From the NCBI RefSeq assembly GCF_009914755.1, contig NC_060930.1: a stretch of DNA of 64,000 nucleotides, one strand, 5' to 3'. Source of the stretch: the human T2T-CHM13v2.0 reference genome, Homo sapiens. Below, piece by piece: positions 50,842 through 64,000 of this stretch (the first letter of the stretch is position 1; each line of letters opens with the position of its first letter). Below the pieces are notes generated by a model that saw only the letters and a program-made list of their open reading frames with translations, was not told the DNA's origin and ran no database searches. The position numbers and the translations under genes were made by a program.

Positions 50842-51664
50842 CTGGTAATCACCTCAGAAAGTGCCAAAAGTACTGAAGTTATTAAAGTGTATGTAGCAAA
50901 AAAGCTGATAACATACGATAAGCAGATAAGAGGGGTGGAAGCAGCCAGGATAAAAGTAGACGGCTCCATGGCCAGCACTCTCTCCTGATTCACCCAGAAG
51001 ACTCTAGTAATTAGCCACAGTCAAGGGGTCTGTCACTCAGGCTTTACTTTCTGAAGCCACTTTTCTGCAGCAGGGAGTGGCACAAACTTACAAAGTCCAT
51101 TCCATGCCTTTTCTTCAATAGTAGTTGAATTTTTTAGACTAACTCTACTCATTCTCTCAAGTCTTTTGTATACAATAGTATGCTTCACACCAAAAAACCC
51201 CACACACACACAAAAACAACTTGAAGAGAAGAAAGTAATAAAGACATCAATCTTTTGGAAATTAATAGTATTAAACCCAATAGACCCTGGGGTATGAACT
51301 CAGAATCTGTTATAAAGCTCTTAGCACTGTGCTGTCACTCTGGCTAGTGCGGTGGGTCAGCTAGTGACCACTCACCTAATGCCCAATCCCCTTCTTCTGC
51401 ATTGTGCTAAGGGTCAGAAACATTCTCCAGATAACCTGCTGTAGTGTAAAGCTTTATCTCTCCTTCTTTTCGAACTCCTTGCCTCCTAATATTACCTATA
51501 TTCTTTCAATGGAAATTGGCTTCCGTTCTTATTTCTCCATTGAAACCTGTCCTTGCTAAGTTTCCTTTGGGACTTCTTCTTCCATTGCTTGCCACTAAAA
51601 ACAGTGTTCCCAAGGCTCCATTTTCAGCCTCTTATTTTTAAATCAATGTCTTTATTTTTTTTTT

Positions 51665-52410
<746 letters not shown>

Positions 52411-55400
52411 TTATAGTTTATTTGTATTTATGCTGGCTTGTTACAACGCCTTGTCCTTTAGGCACATGTTAGCTGTGATTTGACCAGAGAAGTATGAAAT
52501 AATCATGTCTCCATGTATTTTATATTGCACGTGCATATTTTGGGATTCATATAATTTTCTTTTTTATGCTCATTAAATGGATGTAAATACATTTTAAAAA
52601 TGTAATAAATCTAGTTAGAGCTCCTCCCTATTGTTTAGGAGGCAATCAGAAAATTTGGGGGTTTATTGTGACGTTAGAGAGGGAGCTCTTGCTTCCTGAA
52701 TTTACTTGAGTTTCCACACAAGCTGGGCCTGTCTTGCCCTCCAACTTGCAGGAAGAAAAGTGGTAAGAGCAGGAGGAGTTAATATAATAGTCTGTCTTTC
52801 TACTGCTATCACCACATACTGCCCAAATGGTCACGCTGATCTTTTCTTGCAGAGCCGGTTACATCAGTTTGGGCAAAAACAATATACCCTTCATAGTCTA
52901 TCTTCTCCAGATCAAAGCTGGATTGAAGGCAAACTTGTATAAAAAACACATTGTAAGAAAAGCTGCATAAATAACTTTTTAAAGAGATTCTAACTTACCA
53001 AGATAATTAAGTAATTTTTTAATAAGCTGGCTTTGCAGAACTCTTGCCCAGAAAACCAGAATAACAACAATTTTTCGAGGAATGCCTCTGAGAATTTTCC
53101 CAGTAAAGAGAATCTAGCTCACCTTCATTTTCCTTATTGTACAGCTACACATCAATACTGTGCAAGTGTGAGAACCAATAGCTTCAGTTCTATTTGTGAA
53201 CTGGTACAGGGTAGGTTCTTGACAGAATGGTGACCCAATATTCTCTAGGCTCAACTGCTTGCACCTTGCTCTAAACCAGCTTGGGTAAAGCCTACAAACA
53301 GTTACTGTTCTACTTCATGTAGAAATAAACGAGGCAGAAGGAAGATTTAACAAAATCTAAGGCTATTACTAAGAAGAAGGAAGGAGGAGTAGATGGAAAA
53401 CTAAGATTTACTGATGCTTTGTCTGGGCTCACTGTGCTATGAGCTATATATGTAATCACTTTAAATTTTCAAAAAGATATTTTTCCATTATAAGTATTTT
53501 CCTAAAGATGATAAATAAATTCATAGAAGTGAAGTCGTTATTCCTATTGCACAGAACTTGTAAGTAGCAAAATTAGGATCAAAGCTAGAAAAGTCTGATT
53601 TTGAAAATCATGCTCTTTCCACCATGTGCATTTCTTATAAGATTTCTGTCTTTGTTTTGGTTTTAGTTTTTTTCAAAAACTAAAAAACTCACCATTAATA
53701 TTCAGGGTTTATAAGTTACCAATTAACCAATATATTCCCATATGAGGCAAATGAAAATTAATAAAGCAATATTTATGAGTTGCATTCTGAAGTTGTTGGT
53801 GGCATGCATTATTAAAAAGGGGAGGAAAGCTTGAACATATCATTTTTTAAAGGATGTAAAAGAAAGAGTGAAGTTAATAAAATATATATATGGGAGAACC
53901 TATTCCTAACTTATGTAATATTTCCATTATTTAAAAATCTGTACTAACAAAACTTCCTCTAGAGTTTCATTTAACATATCAGATTTTTATATCCTATTCT
54001 CCTCCAGAACTAATAAAATAAATGAACTCAAAATACTGTTTGTGAAATGAGGACAGAGACAAGCCAGAAATTGTCTTTGAATGAGAACACATAGTTTATA
54101 GGGCCAAGAAATCTCTGGACACTCTACTGTGACTGAATAAGGAACAGAGGCATGAACTATAGTGTGGGGTAGAGAGTATAACAAATTTTTGCAATGTTGC
54201 AGCTATTTCCATGACTAAGAATATAATGTCTCAGAACCCCTCACATGCAGAATAATTGGCAGGACAAGCGTGTGCTACATTGGAGCGACTGCATGCTAGC
54301 AGGTGAGATGGAAACTTCACAGCAATAGAGTAAGGGCAACGCAACTCAATCCACAGACAACCCATTCACCCTCCTGCCTCCCAAAGCTTATAATTTCCCA
54401 TTAGTGGTTACCCTCTGACAAAGCCTGAGGCTACATCTGTGTCATGTCAAGAGTTGTCTCTGTGGATGTGTAACATTCCATCATATATATAGCTGTCTTG
54501 CCTACATAATATCAAGCCAATAGGTATTTTTCCATTCATTTATCACATAAAGTTTTTGTTTCTCATTCGAATGCTTGACATCATTTAAATATAGTTCAGC
54601 ACTTATTCAGAAATTTTAAAAACCTCCCTACAGTTCAGATTACCAGCATGGTATCACAGCCTTGCTATAAATAATGAGGGTATCAGTTACCTTGCTGCCT
54701 CCCTCACACAAGGCGGAAGACAAACTCCTACCCCTTCTCTCTGGAGGAGGCTCATGTTTTGGTATTTCCAGTTTATGGTTTATAAAAGACCTAATACACA
54801 ATGTTATTCTATTTTTATATCTGCAAGAACTGAGACTAGGAGACTCAGGAGCTATTTAGGATATTTCAGCTCTGCCTGCCACTTTGACTCAAAGACATTT
54901 GAAAGGCCCAGTCTTCTGCAGTGAAGCCTGGCTCATTGAGATGGCTGCCCACTTAAGTAAGCTAGGTGGCTCACTAGGACAATGTGGCTTCTCTCACACA
55001 GTCACTTTGACTTATTTTGTCATTGTCAACCTGAGAGACCTTTATTTATTATATAGACTAGTGATTTTAGTTGACAGATCATCTGTCATTTATCTTTATC
55101 ATTATTAACATTAGAATCACAAAATTTTAGAGCTAGAAGGAAACTTCTGGGTCATCAGAGTTATTCTGCCTTATTTTAGATAGGAGGAAACAGAGGCCAG
55201 GCTAGGTGTTGGTAGAGATACAGGTTCTCCCAGTAACCAATTGAAATTTATTTTTCCAAATCAGGCAGTATCAACCTCAGAGAGTCTAAACCTGGGTAAA
55301 TGAGAGTTGCAGAGTTTTATACAGAACAAGTCCAGGCAATTCTTAGGTACATGATTCAGAGTATAGGCAAAGAGTGCTAAAAGATAGAGAAAGGTAGTCT

Positions 55401-56887
55401 GCATTACAACAATGTATAAAAACAAAGGATTATCGCAGGCCAAAAGCCAGCTGAGTTGCTGCACAAGGGGTGTGTCCTCTTTGGGAGGAAGATCTTTCCT
55501 GCAGGACCTGGCTGGCTGATTTCACCTGGTAAAGCAAGACTCTCAGGTCTTCTTTCTGCCATTGACCTGAGTTGTTCCTAAATATAAGAACTCTTCTTTG
55601 GACCTAGTGTATTTCTATAAAAAAAGATAATATGTGTATGTATATAGATATTCTATAGATTTCAAATGGGTAAATGTTCTTACCTCCTATCTCTTAAAAA
55701 TTCTTACCTGTCCTCCCATGAAGGTTAGTGGTTTAATTTCATTCTGTTGCTATTCATCCATTTGTTTGCATTTTCTTCACTCTTTTTTTCATTTCACATT
55801 TCTTGAATATTTGCCTTATAAGATGCACATTTCATGTGCTGGATGAGATAGAAAGATGTGTAGAAGATATGCTCCCTGTTCTGAAGGATTTCACAGTTTA
55901 GTGTGTCAGACATACATGCAAATAAATTCCAATACCACAAGAATGACAGAGCCACTGATCGAGCATAGGACAGGATGCTACCTTCTTGGAGGAACTGAAC
56001 ATCAAAGATGAAACTTGAAGGATGAAAGAAGCTGGTCAGATATAAAGAATAAAGATTCTTCCTTGCAAGTAATGGCATGTATAAAGGCCATGTTTGGATA
56101 ATAATGAGTGGGTTAATGTGGGCAGAATAAAGAGATGGGCCTAATAGCCTCATCATTAGAAGTTGTTTACCTAGTTTGAGTTTCTGGAAAAAGAAACTCT
56201 AAGACTTCTAGCTTAGGAAACAGTGTGAATAAATAGTGCATATAGTAGAAACATCTCTGAGCAAGCCCAAGGATATAGCATAGAGTTCAATTTGGGACAT
56301 ATGAGAATATAAAAACCATGAAGTCATCTGTAGAGGTCAATGATTGTTCTACTTTTTCTGTGAACATTTTTACCATCATTGGTGGCCTTCCTTTGCATTC
56401 TTAACAATCAGATTATAAAATAATAGATAAATGCAGTACAGATACTAACTTGTTAAAAAGATAATGGCCTTATTTCATCCTGAAACTGGAAAGCTGGACA
56501 GTACTAAGTTTAACTGCTGTACTTAGTTTGTTAAACCAGCAGCCTTACTTAGAAACATGGTCTAGCTTTCCAGTGTTGTTCATTTTTAAAGTAATTGAAA
56601 CAATTACAGCACATAACTTCAAAATATTAGTTATTAAAACGATTGACATTAGAATAGATGCAGACAGATGGGGCCTGAACAAGGCTGAAAGAGACTAATG
56701 TTTAAAAAAATCAGATCATAAATAGAGGGAAATAAAGCCATTAATTAAAAAATAGTTTAATTACCTCAGTAAATTTGGTTTTTTGCTAATTTGGTGCAAT
56801 TGTCTATAAGTTCATAGATGTATTACATAATCTATTATAAACTATCATGTAGTTTTGAAATAGAATAATACCATATATTTCTTATAC

Positions 56888-57741
56888 TTTTTTTTCCTTT
56901 TTTTTTTTTTTTTTTTTTTTGAGACAGGGTCTCGCTCTGTTGCCTAGGCTGGAGTGTAGAGGTGCAATCGTGGCTCACTGCAGGCTCAATTTCCCAAGCA
57001 CAGACGATCCTCCCACCTCAGCCTCCCGAGTAGTGGGACCACAGTTGCATGCCACCATGCCTGGCCAATTTTTGGCATTTCTTTTTTATAGAGACAGGGT
57101 TTCGCTATGTTGCCCAGGCTGGTCTTAAACTTCTGGATTCAAGTGAACCTCCCATCTGGACCTCTTACAGTGTTAGAATTACAGGTGTGGACCAACGTGC
57201 CCAGCCTCTTTTTTCTCAATATTTTTGTATTTTTAGTAGGGATGGGGTTTCACCATGTTGGCCAGGCTCTCTCGAACTCCTGACCTCAGGTGATCCACCC
57301 ACCTCGGCCTCCCAAAGTGCTAGGATTACAGGCTTGAGCCACTGCGCCCGGGCAAAATGTTATTTTTTTAATCTGATATTTTCATCACATGATTTCTTTT
57401 GGCTTTCTCCTTCTCAAAATGAAATATTGTATATTTGTTGATCAAAAATATCTTTTTTTTTTTTTGAGACCAAGTCTTGCTCTGTCACCCAGGCTGAAGT
57501 CAGTGATGCGATCTTGGCTCACTGCAACCTCTGCCTCCCAGATTCAAGCAAATCTCCTGCCTCAGCCTCCTAAGTAGCTGGGATTACAGGTGCATGCCAC
57601 CATGCCTGCTAATTTTTGTATTTTTAGTGGAGATGGGTTTCGCCATGTTGGCCAGGCTGGTCCTGAGCTGACTGCAGGTGATCTGCCTGCCTTGGCCTTC
57701 CCAGGTGCTAGGATTACAGGCCTGAGCCACTGCACCCAGCC
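56888..57741 (-). mobile_element. Antisense Alu cluster (AluJ 56888-57205, left arm 57220-57353, AluS 57453-57741)
   Basis: Alu consensus similarity. Confidence 0.85.
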
Positions 57742-59108
57742 AAAAATATCTTAGTTAAGTTGCATTAGAATACAAAGATGGGTACGTTTGGAAAAATTCA
57801 TAGAACATGATTCTAAGGCAAGCTACTACACAACAAAATGAAATTGCAGTCTGACTAACATTCTTAGCAGGATTTACCAAGATCTGGTCTCAGCACACCC
57901 ATAAGCCCCCTTAATATAAATAGCCCCTCTTATATTTTATAATATAAAATAGCCCCTCTTCTTGATCAATTCCAGACACACTGATATGCCTTCAGTTCTT
58001 ATAGCTTATCAAGCTTCTCACTAACATAGACCCTGGGTTTTACAATTGCTTTCCACAGAAGACTCTTTTCCCATCTCTTTGCCTAACTCCTACTTGTCCT
58101 CTACCTTTTAATTAAAGGACATTTTCTCAGGGAAGCCTTTCCTGGTGCCCTAAATTAGGTAAGGTTCTCTGTTAAATACTCTCAACATCCCATATTTTTC
58201 CTTCATAGCATTTAATTGACTATAATTAAATAATGATCTATATAATTGCCAGTTTAATATGTGTCTTCCTGAAGGATCTGTAGACAATTTTGAGGACAGT
58301 CAGCATTTGTTAAATAGATAAATGAGAAACATGAAGGTGTCGTACCTATGGAGACCCTTTCTTGCTCTAATTATTGTTTACTATAGGGACTGCTCATGTC
58401 CAGGAACAAATGGCACTAGATATCCTCATGGTGGGATTTGGCAACAAAAGACTTTGCAGCAAAGAGTACAACCTCTTCAGTCTCCCTTGTTAAGGGCAAG
58501 TTAGAGACTGGGAAAGAGATTGCTTTCTTGGTGTACCAGTGAAAATTCTCTTTTCACCTGTCCCTTCTCATGGGAAGACTAGCATGTCTCCTCCTCTGCC
58601 ATCCTCTTTACTCTCAAGTCAGGCACTTGCTGAGTTGTAGGATCTACTGTTTCATCCTGTGCTTCTGGAGTGCGAAGAAATATCTTTAGGATAAGTTGTC
58701 TAGGATACATGCAAGGGGCAATCAAAAATCAAAAACTAGAATAAAAGTGTTTAAAAAGCAACAGTAATGAATGAGATTTTTTTGGTGAAAGAAGAGAGAG
58801 AACTGAAAGCTGTGGGCCACCTACATTTAAGGGGCCATCAGAGGAAGGTAAAAAGCACCCTGATGGGAGCAACCAAAGTTAAGGAAAGAAAATAGATTGC
58901 AGGGGATGGGGGCCAAGAAAAGAGAATCTTTCAAGACACAAAGTCAGTGCCTTCAGTGCTGCAGAAGTTGAAAATGATTTTATAACTTTCAAAATTACTA
59001 CAAGCAAGGAGATTTTAATAGCCTTAGGGTTATTATTTATTTATTTATTTATTTTTAAAATTAATTTATTTATATCATATAAGAAATTTTAAATAAACTT
59101 AGAAAACA

Positions 59109-59829
<721 letters not shown>

Positions 59830-60086
59830 AATTATTTACATATTTTTAATACATGTTTTTATTTTTTGTGTAATGAAAATCAATGACTATATAATGAGGT
59901 ATAGTTTCTTCAAATTAAAAATAATCTTTTATAGTTATAAAGTTATATCTCAGTCAGGTAGAAAATTCAGATTCAAAATACTTTACTTTTGAATACAGAT
60001 TCAAAATACTTTATTCAAAATGATGAAACTCTGACCTCCTTCTGGTGATGTCCAGATGGCCTAATTGCTTCATCTTATACTTCTTT

Positions 60087-61322
60087 TGTTAGAGGTGTTG
60101 GAACCAAAGCAAATCCATCTTGACCTGCTGGGCTATATTCCCAGGAGGTTAAGGCATTCTTAGTCACAAGATAAGATAGGAGGTTGTTGGTAGAAGAGCT
60201 GAGGCGGGACTAGCTTGTCCGTCATAATGTAAAAGAGTCTTGGAACACGTCCTGGGTCCAGGGTCTAAACCCCCTTGTGGCCTTTGGAACACCAAGTTCT
60301 GTGCCAAAGGGTGGAAGGCTGCCCTGCTGCACTACAATCTAAGCCCAGGGCATAAAACCTCTCATGGCTTGGATGGAATCCAAGGCTCAGGGCATAAAAC
60401 CCCTTGTGGCCACTGGAATGTGCACAGACTTGCTCGTTCCTTGCTTCTTGCTCTCCCAGGCTCATAAACATGTTCTCCATTATCTCAGGTAGCAGAACAT
60501 ATTACATTTGTGTCAAAGAAAATACTAAACAGTCACAACTGTGCTTGATGCACTGCTACCTTTCTACCCCCACGTCCTCACGTCCTCACCTGTTTACCCC
60601 CACATCCTCACATCCTCACCACCTGCTTCTTTGTTTGATCACCAATAAATAGTGTGGGCTTCTAGAGCTCCAAGCCTTCGCAGCCTCTATACTAGTGTTG
60701 GCCCCCTGGACCCACTTTACACATTCTTAACTTGTCTTGTCTCATTCCTTTGACTCCAACAGACTTCGTAGCCCACAAGGCCTGATGTTGGGCCTGATCA
60801 TCCCAATAGAGGTCAGCACAATATGTAGATCACAAAGACCTTGCTGATAAAACAGCATGTGGTAAAGAAGCAGACCACATCCAACCAATACCAAGATGGA
60901 GAGAAAGTGACTTCTGCTTATATTCACTGCTCATTATGTGCTAATTATAACGCATTAGCATGCTAAAAGACACTCCCACTAGCACCATTACAGCTTACAA
61001 ATGCCATGGCAACAGTCAGGAAGTTACCCTATATGATCTAAAAGGGGAGGAACCCTTAGTTCCAGGAATTGCCCATCCCTTTCCCGGAAAACTCATGAAT
61101 AATCCACCCTTTTTTAAGCATATAATCAAGAAGTAACAATAGGTATAGGCAGCTGAGGAGCTCTTGCCACTGCTCTGCCTATGGAACAGCCACTCATTTA
61201 TTCCTTTGCCTTCTTAAACAACTTGTTTTCCCTTTACTCTACGAGCATGCCCTGAATTCTTTCTTGTGCGAGGTCCAAGAACCCTCTCTTGAGGTCTGGA
61301 TTGGGACCTCTTTCTGGTAACA
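60087..61322 (+). mobile_element. MER41B-like solo LTR interrupted by an ERVK-type LTR
   Basis: TGTTAGAGG...CTGGTAACA, 4-bp TSD CTTT; GAS motifs at 61060 and 61081. Confidence 0.85.
60185..60808 (+). mobile_element. LTR3-like (HERV-K HML-6) solo LTR
   Basis: TGTTGG...AATAAA...TGTTGGGCCTGATCATCCCAATA; TSD GAGGT; internal cagggcataaaacc repeats. Confidence 0.65.
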
Positions 61323-61709
61323 CTTTCACAAACAGTTTGTCTATTATCAAGTAACTTTTTTTCCAAAACATGATCTTGTAAGTGCTTATAGCATAGCTTT
61401 CCAAATTGCTCTGTTGGACTGGACAAAAACAAAACCAAAACCAAAATAAACATTCTCCATATCCAAAAGTTACTAGCTCATACAAATATCTCTTTTAAAT
61501 ATGTTTAATTAGATGAATTATTTTTATATTATGTGATTTAAAAAGATGAGTTCAAAGGTTAAAAAAGTTTTGTTCTAATTTTTCATGGTGATCTAACTAG
61601 AAGAAAAAGGCCAACGAATATTGGTTGAATAAATAATAAAAAAAGGCAAATAACGTATTTCTGCATCTTTGCCCTACAGAAAGAAGGGTAATGAACAGGC
61701 TAACTTTGA

Positions 61710-62312
<603 letters not shown>

Positions 62313-63339
62313 TAACTTTGACTGTTATAGACAGTATAACACGAATTTTAAAATATAAAATATTTTAAGGAGGAAGACTGCCCTGCCTTTCTCTAAGTTC
62401 ACATCAATTTGGGTCCTGATACCAATAATAATGTTTTTGTTACATTTAACCCCAATTGGGATGAGGTTCTAAAGGACTTCCAGATCTGATCCTTTTCCTC
62501 TCATTTTTATTTCTACCTGCCTAGAGCTACAAATCAAATTTAATAGCTCAGAAAGGGGAGTGTTGCATCCCATCTGTTAGAAGACCAATTATATTGTTTA
62601 TTTGTTTCTCCCCACTTGGCCAAACAATATTCTTTTACAAAGTTGATTTTCTTTTTTTTTTCCTGTATCTGTTATATCTTTGGCTGCTTGGCCTCATGGC
62701 TTATTAATACTTCTTGCCTTTTTGCACCTCAGCTTTACATGTTTTTGGTCATCCTCTGTGAGGGTGTTTATGCATTCTACCATCAGCTTTCTGTCAAGTA
62801 TCTCATTACTGCTTTCTTAAGGACAATGGAGGTCCTCTCACCTGTTTATCTCTGTGGATGAGAACAACACTGTATCCTGGGTACAACCCTGGTGTTTAAA
62901 CTCTTTATCAGGACATACCTCCCCCACAGAGTGTGTGTGTTATGGGGTAAAATGGAAGAGGAGGGAGACAAAAAAAGCAAGAGGGTTTCCTGCCTTCTTT
63001 TCTCCTGTTACCATTTTCATTTCACCCACTCAGTGTTATGCTTGTTCTACTCCAGGCCATGCTGAGAAGCATCTGCTGACCCTGACTCTCCCTGCTTCCC
63101 AGCCTGTTCCTTGAGAAGGGAACACCCTGTACAGATGCCTCAATACCTTTCTTCAAACTCTCCTTCTAGCAGGAAGGAAATTTACTTTACCTGCCCCTGT
63201 GATCAACCCCCAACCCCTATCCTATGCCCAAACATCCTGAGTGTTCTAAATCCTTGGGTTATTTCCTCAGTCTAAATAATTCATATTAAAAAGACAAAGA
63301 TTCAGAATTTTTAAGCCATACTTATCTGAATTTGTTACC

Positions 63340-63754
63340 TGTATTAGTTCATTCTTACATTGCTATAAATACCCGAGACTAGGTAATTTATAAAGAAAAG
63401 AGGTTTAATTGGCTCACCATTCTGCAGGCTGTACAAGAAACATAGCAGCTTCTGCTTGGCTTCTGTGGAGGCCTCAGAAAACTTACAATCATGGCAGAAG
63501 GTGAGTGGGGAAGCAGGCACATCTTACATGGCTGGAGCAGGAGGAAGAGAGACAGTGGGGTGGTGCTACACACTTTTAAACAACCATCTCTCTCAAGAAC
63601 TCTATCATGAGAACAGCACCAAGAGAATGGTGCTAAACCATTCAGGAAGGATCCACCTCAATGATCCAATCACGTCTCACCCGGCCCCACCTCCAATATT
63701 GGGGATAACAATTTGACATGAGATTTGGACAAGGACACAGATTTAAACCATCTC
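63340..63754 (-). mobile_element. MSTA-like MaLR LTR
   Basis: TGTATTAG...AAACCATCTCA; similar to 46498-46911. Confidence 0.8.
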
Positions 63755-63856
63755 ACTTCCTCTGCTTGAGTTGACCAGACAATAATTCATACCAGTGGTA
63801 TGATTCTATCAGGCTCTGTCTGATAGAATATGAGCCATTTACAATTCCTCTTCAAT

Positions 63857-64000
63857 TTCTTTCTTTCTTTCTTTTTTTTTTTTTTTTTTTGAGATGGAGT
63901 CTCGCTCTGTTGCCCAGGCTAGAGTGTAGTGGCGTAATCTCGGCTCACTGCACCTCCACCTCCTGGGTTCCAGTGATTCTCTTGCCTCAGCCTCCCGAGT
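63857..64000 (-). mobile_element. Antisense Alu (runs off the window)
   Basis: T tail and right arm. Confidence 0.9.

Noticed and set aside
56500-56530. Short inverted repeat ACTAAGT...ACTTAGT
   Set aside because: A 7-bp stem is expected by chance in AT-rich DNA

Overview
Primate (very probably human) genomic DNA that is almost entirely non-coding and mostly made of transposable elements. The left ~7 kb holds the 5' end of a minus-strand gene. It has a CpG-island promoter (~5985-6730), a first-exon donor CG|GTAAGT at 6280/6279, and a 16-nt coding micro-segment (5315-5300) reading ATG GCA TTG AAA CAG G|GTGAGT, which is the MALKQ(E) N-terminus I recognise as the long ECHDC1 isoform. Further along are two processed pseudogenes, each with target-site duplications (TSDs): a near full-length YWHAZ (14-3-3 zeta) retrocopy inside an ancient L1, and an RPL5 retrocopy inside a THE1 MaLR provirus. 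From memory this order matches ECHDC1-YWHAZP4-RPL5P18 at human 6q22.33; I could not verify this here. The rest is nested L1, Alu (30+ copies) and LTR elements. No complete protein-coding gene, RNA gene or CRISPR array is present, and I cannot support a wholly new biological system. The strongest leads are: (i) a ~99%-identical 437-bp templated duplication with a stuttered junction next to the promoter; (ii) a perfect 23-bp palindrome in the promoter; (iii) a MER41B-like LTR with two intact STAT GAS motifs; (iv) several deletion junctions and aberrant Alus. Repeat subfamily names are from recall of consensus sequences, not from an alignment.
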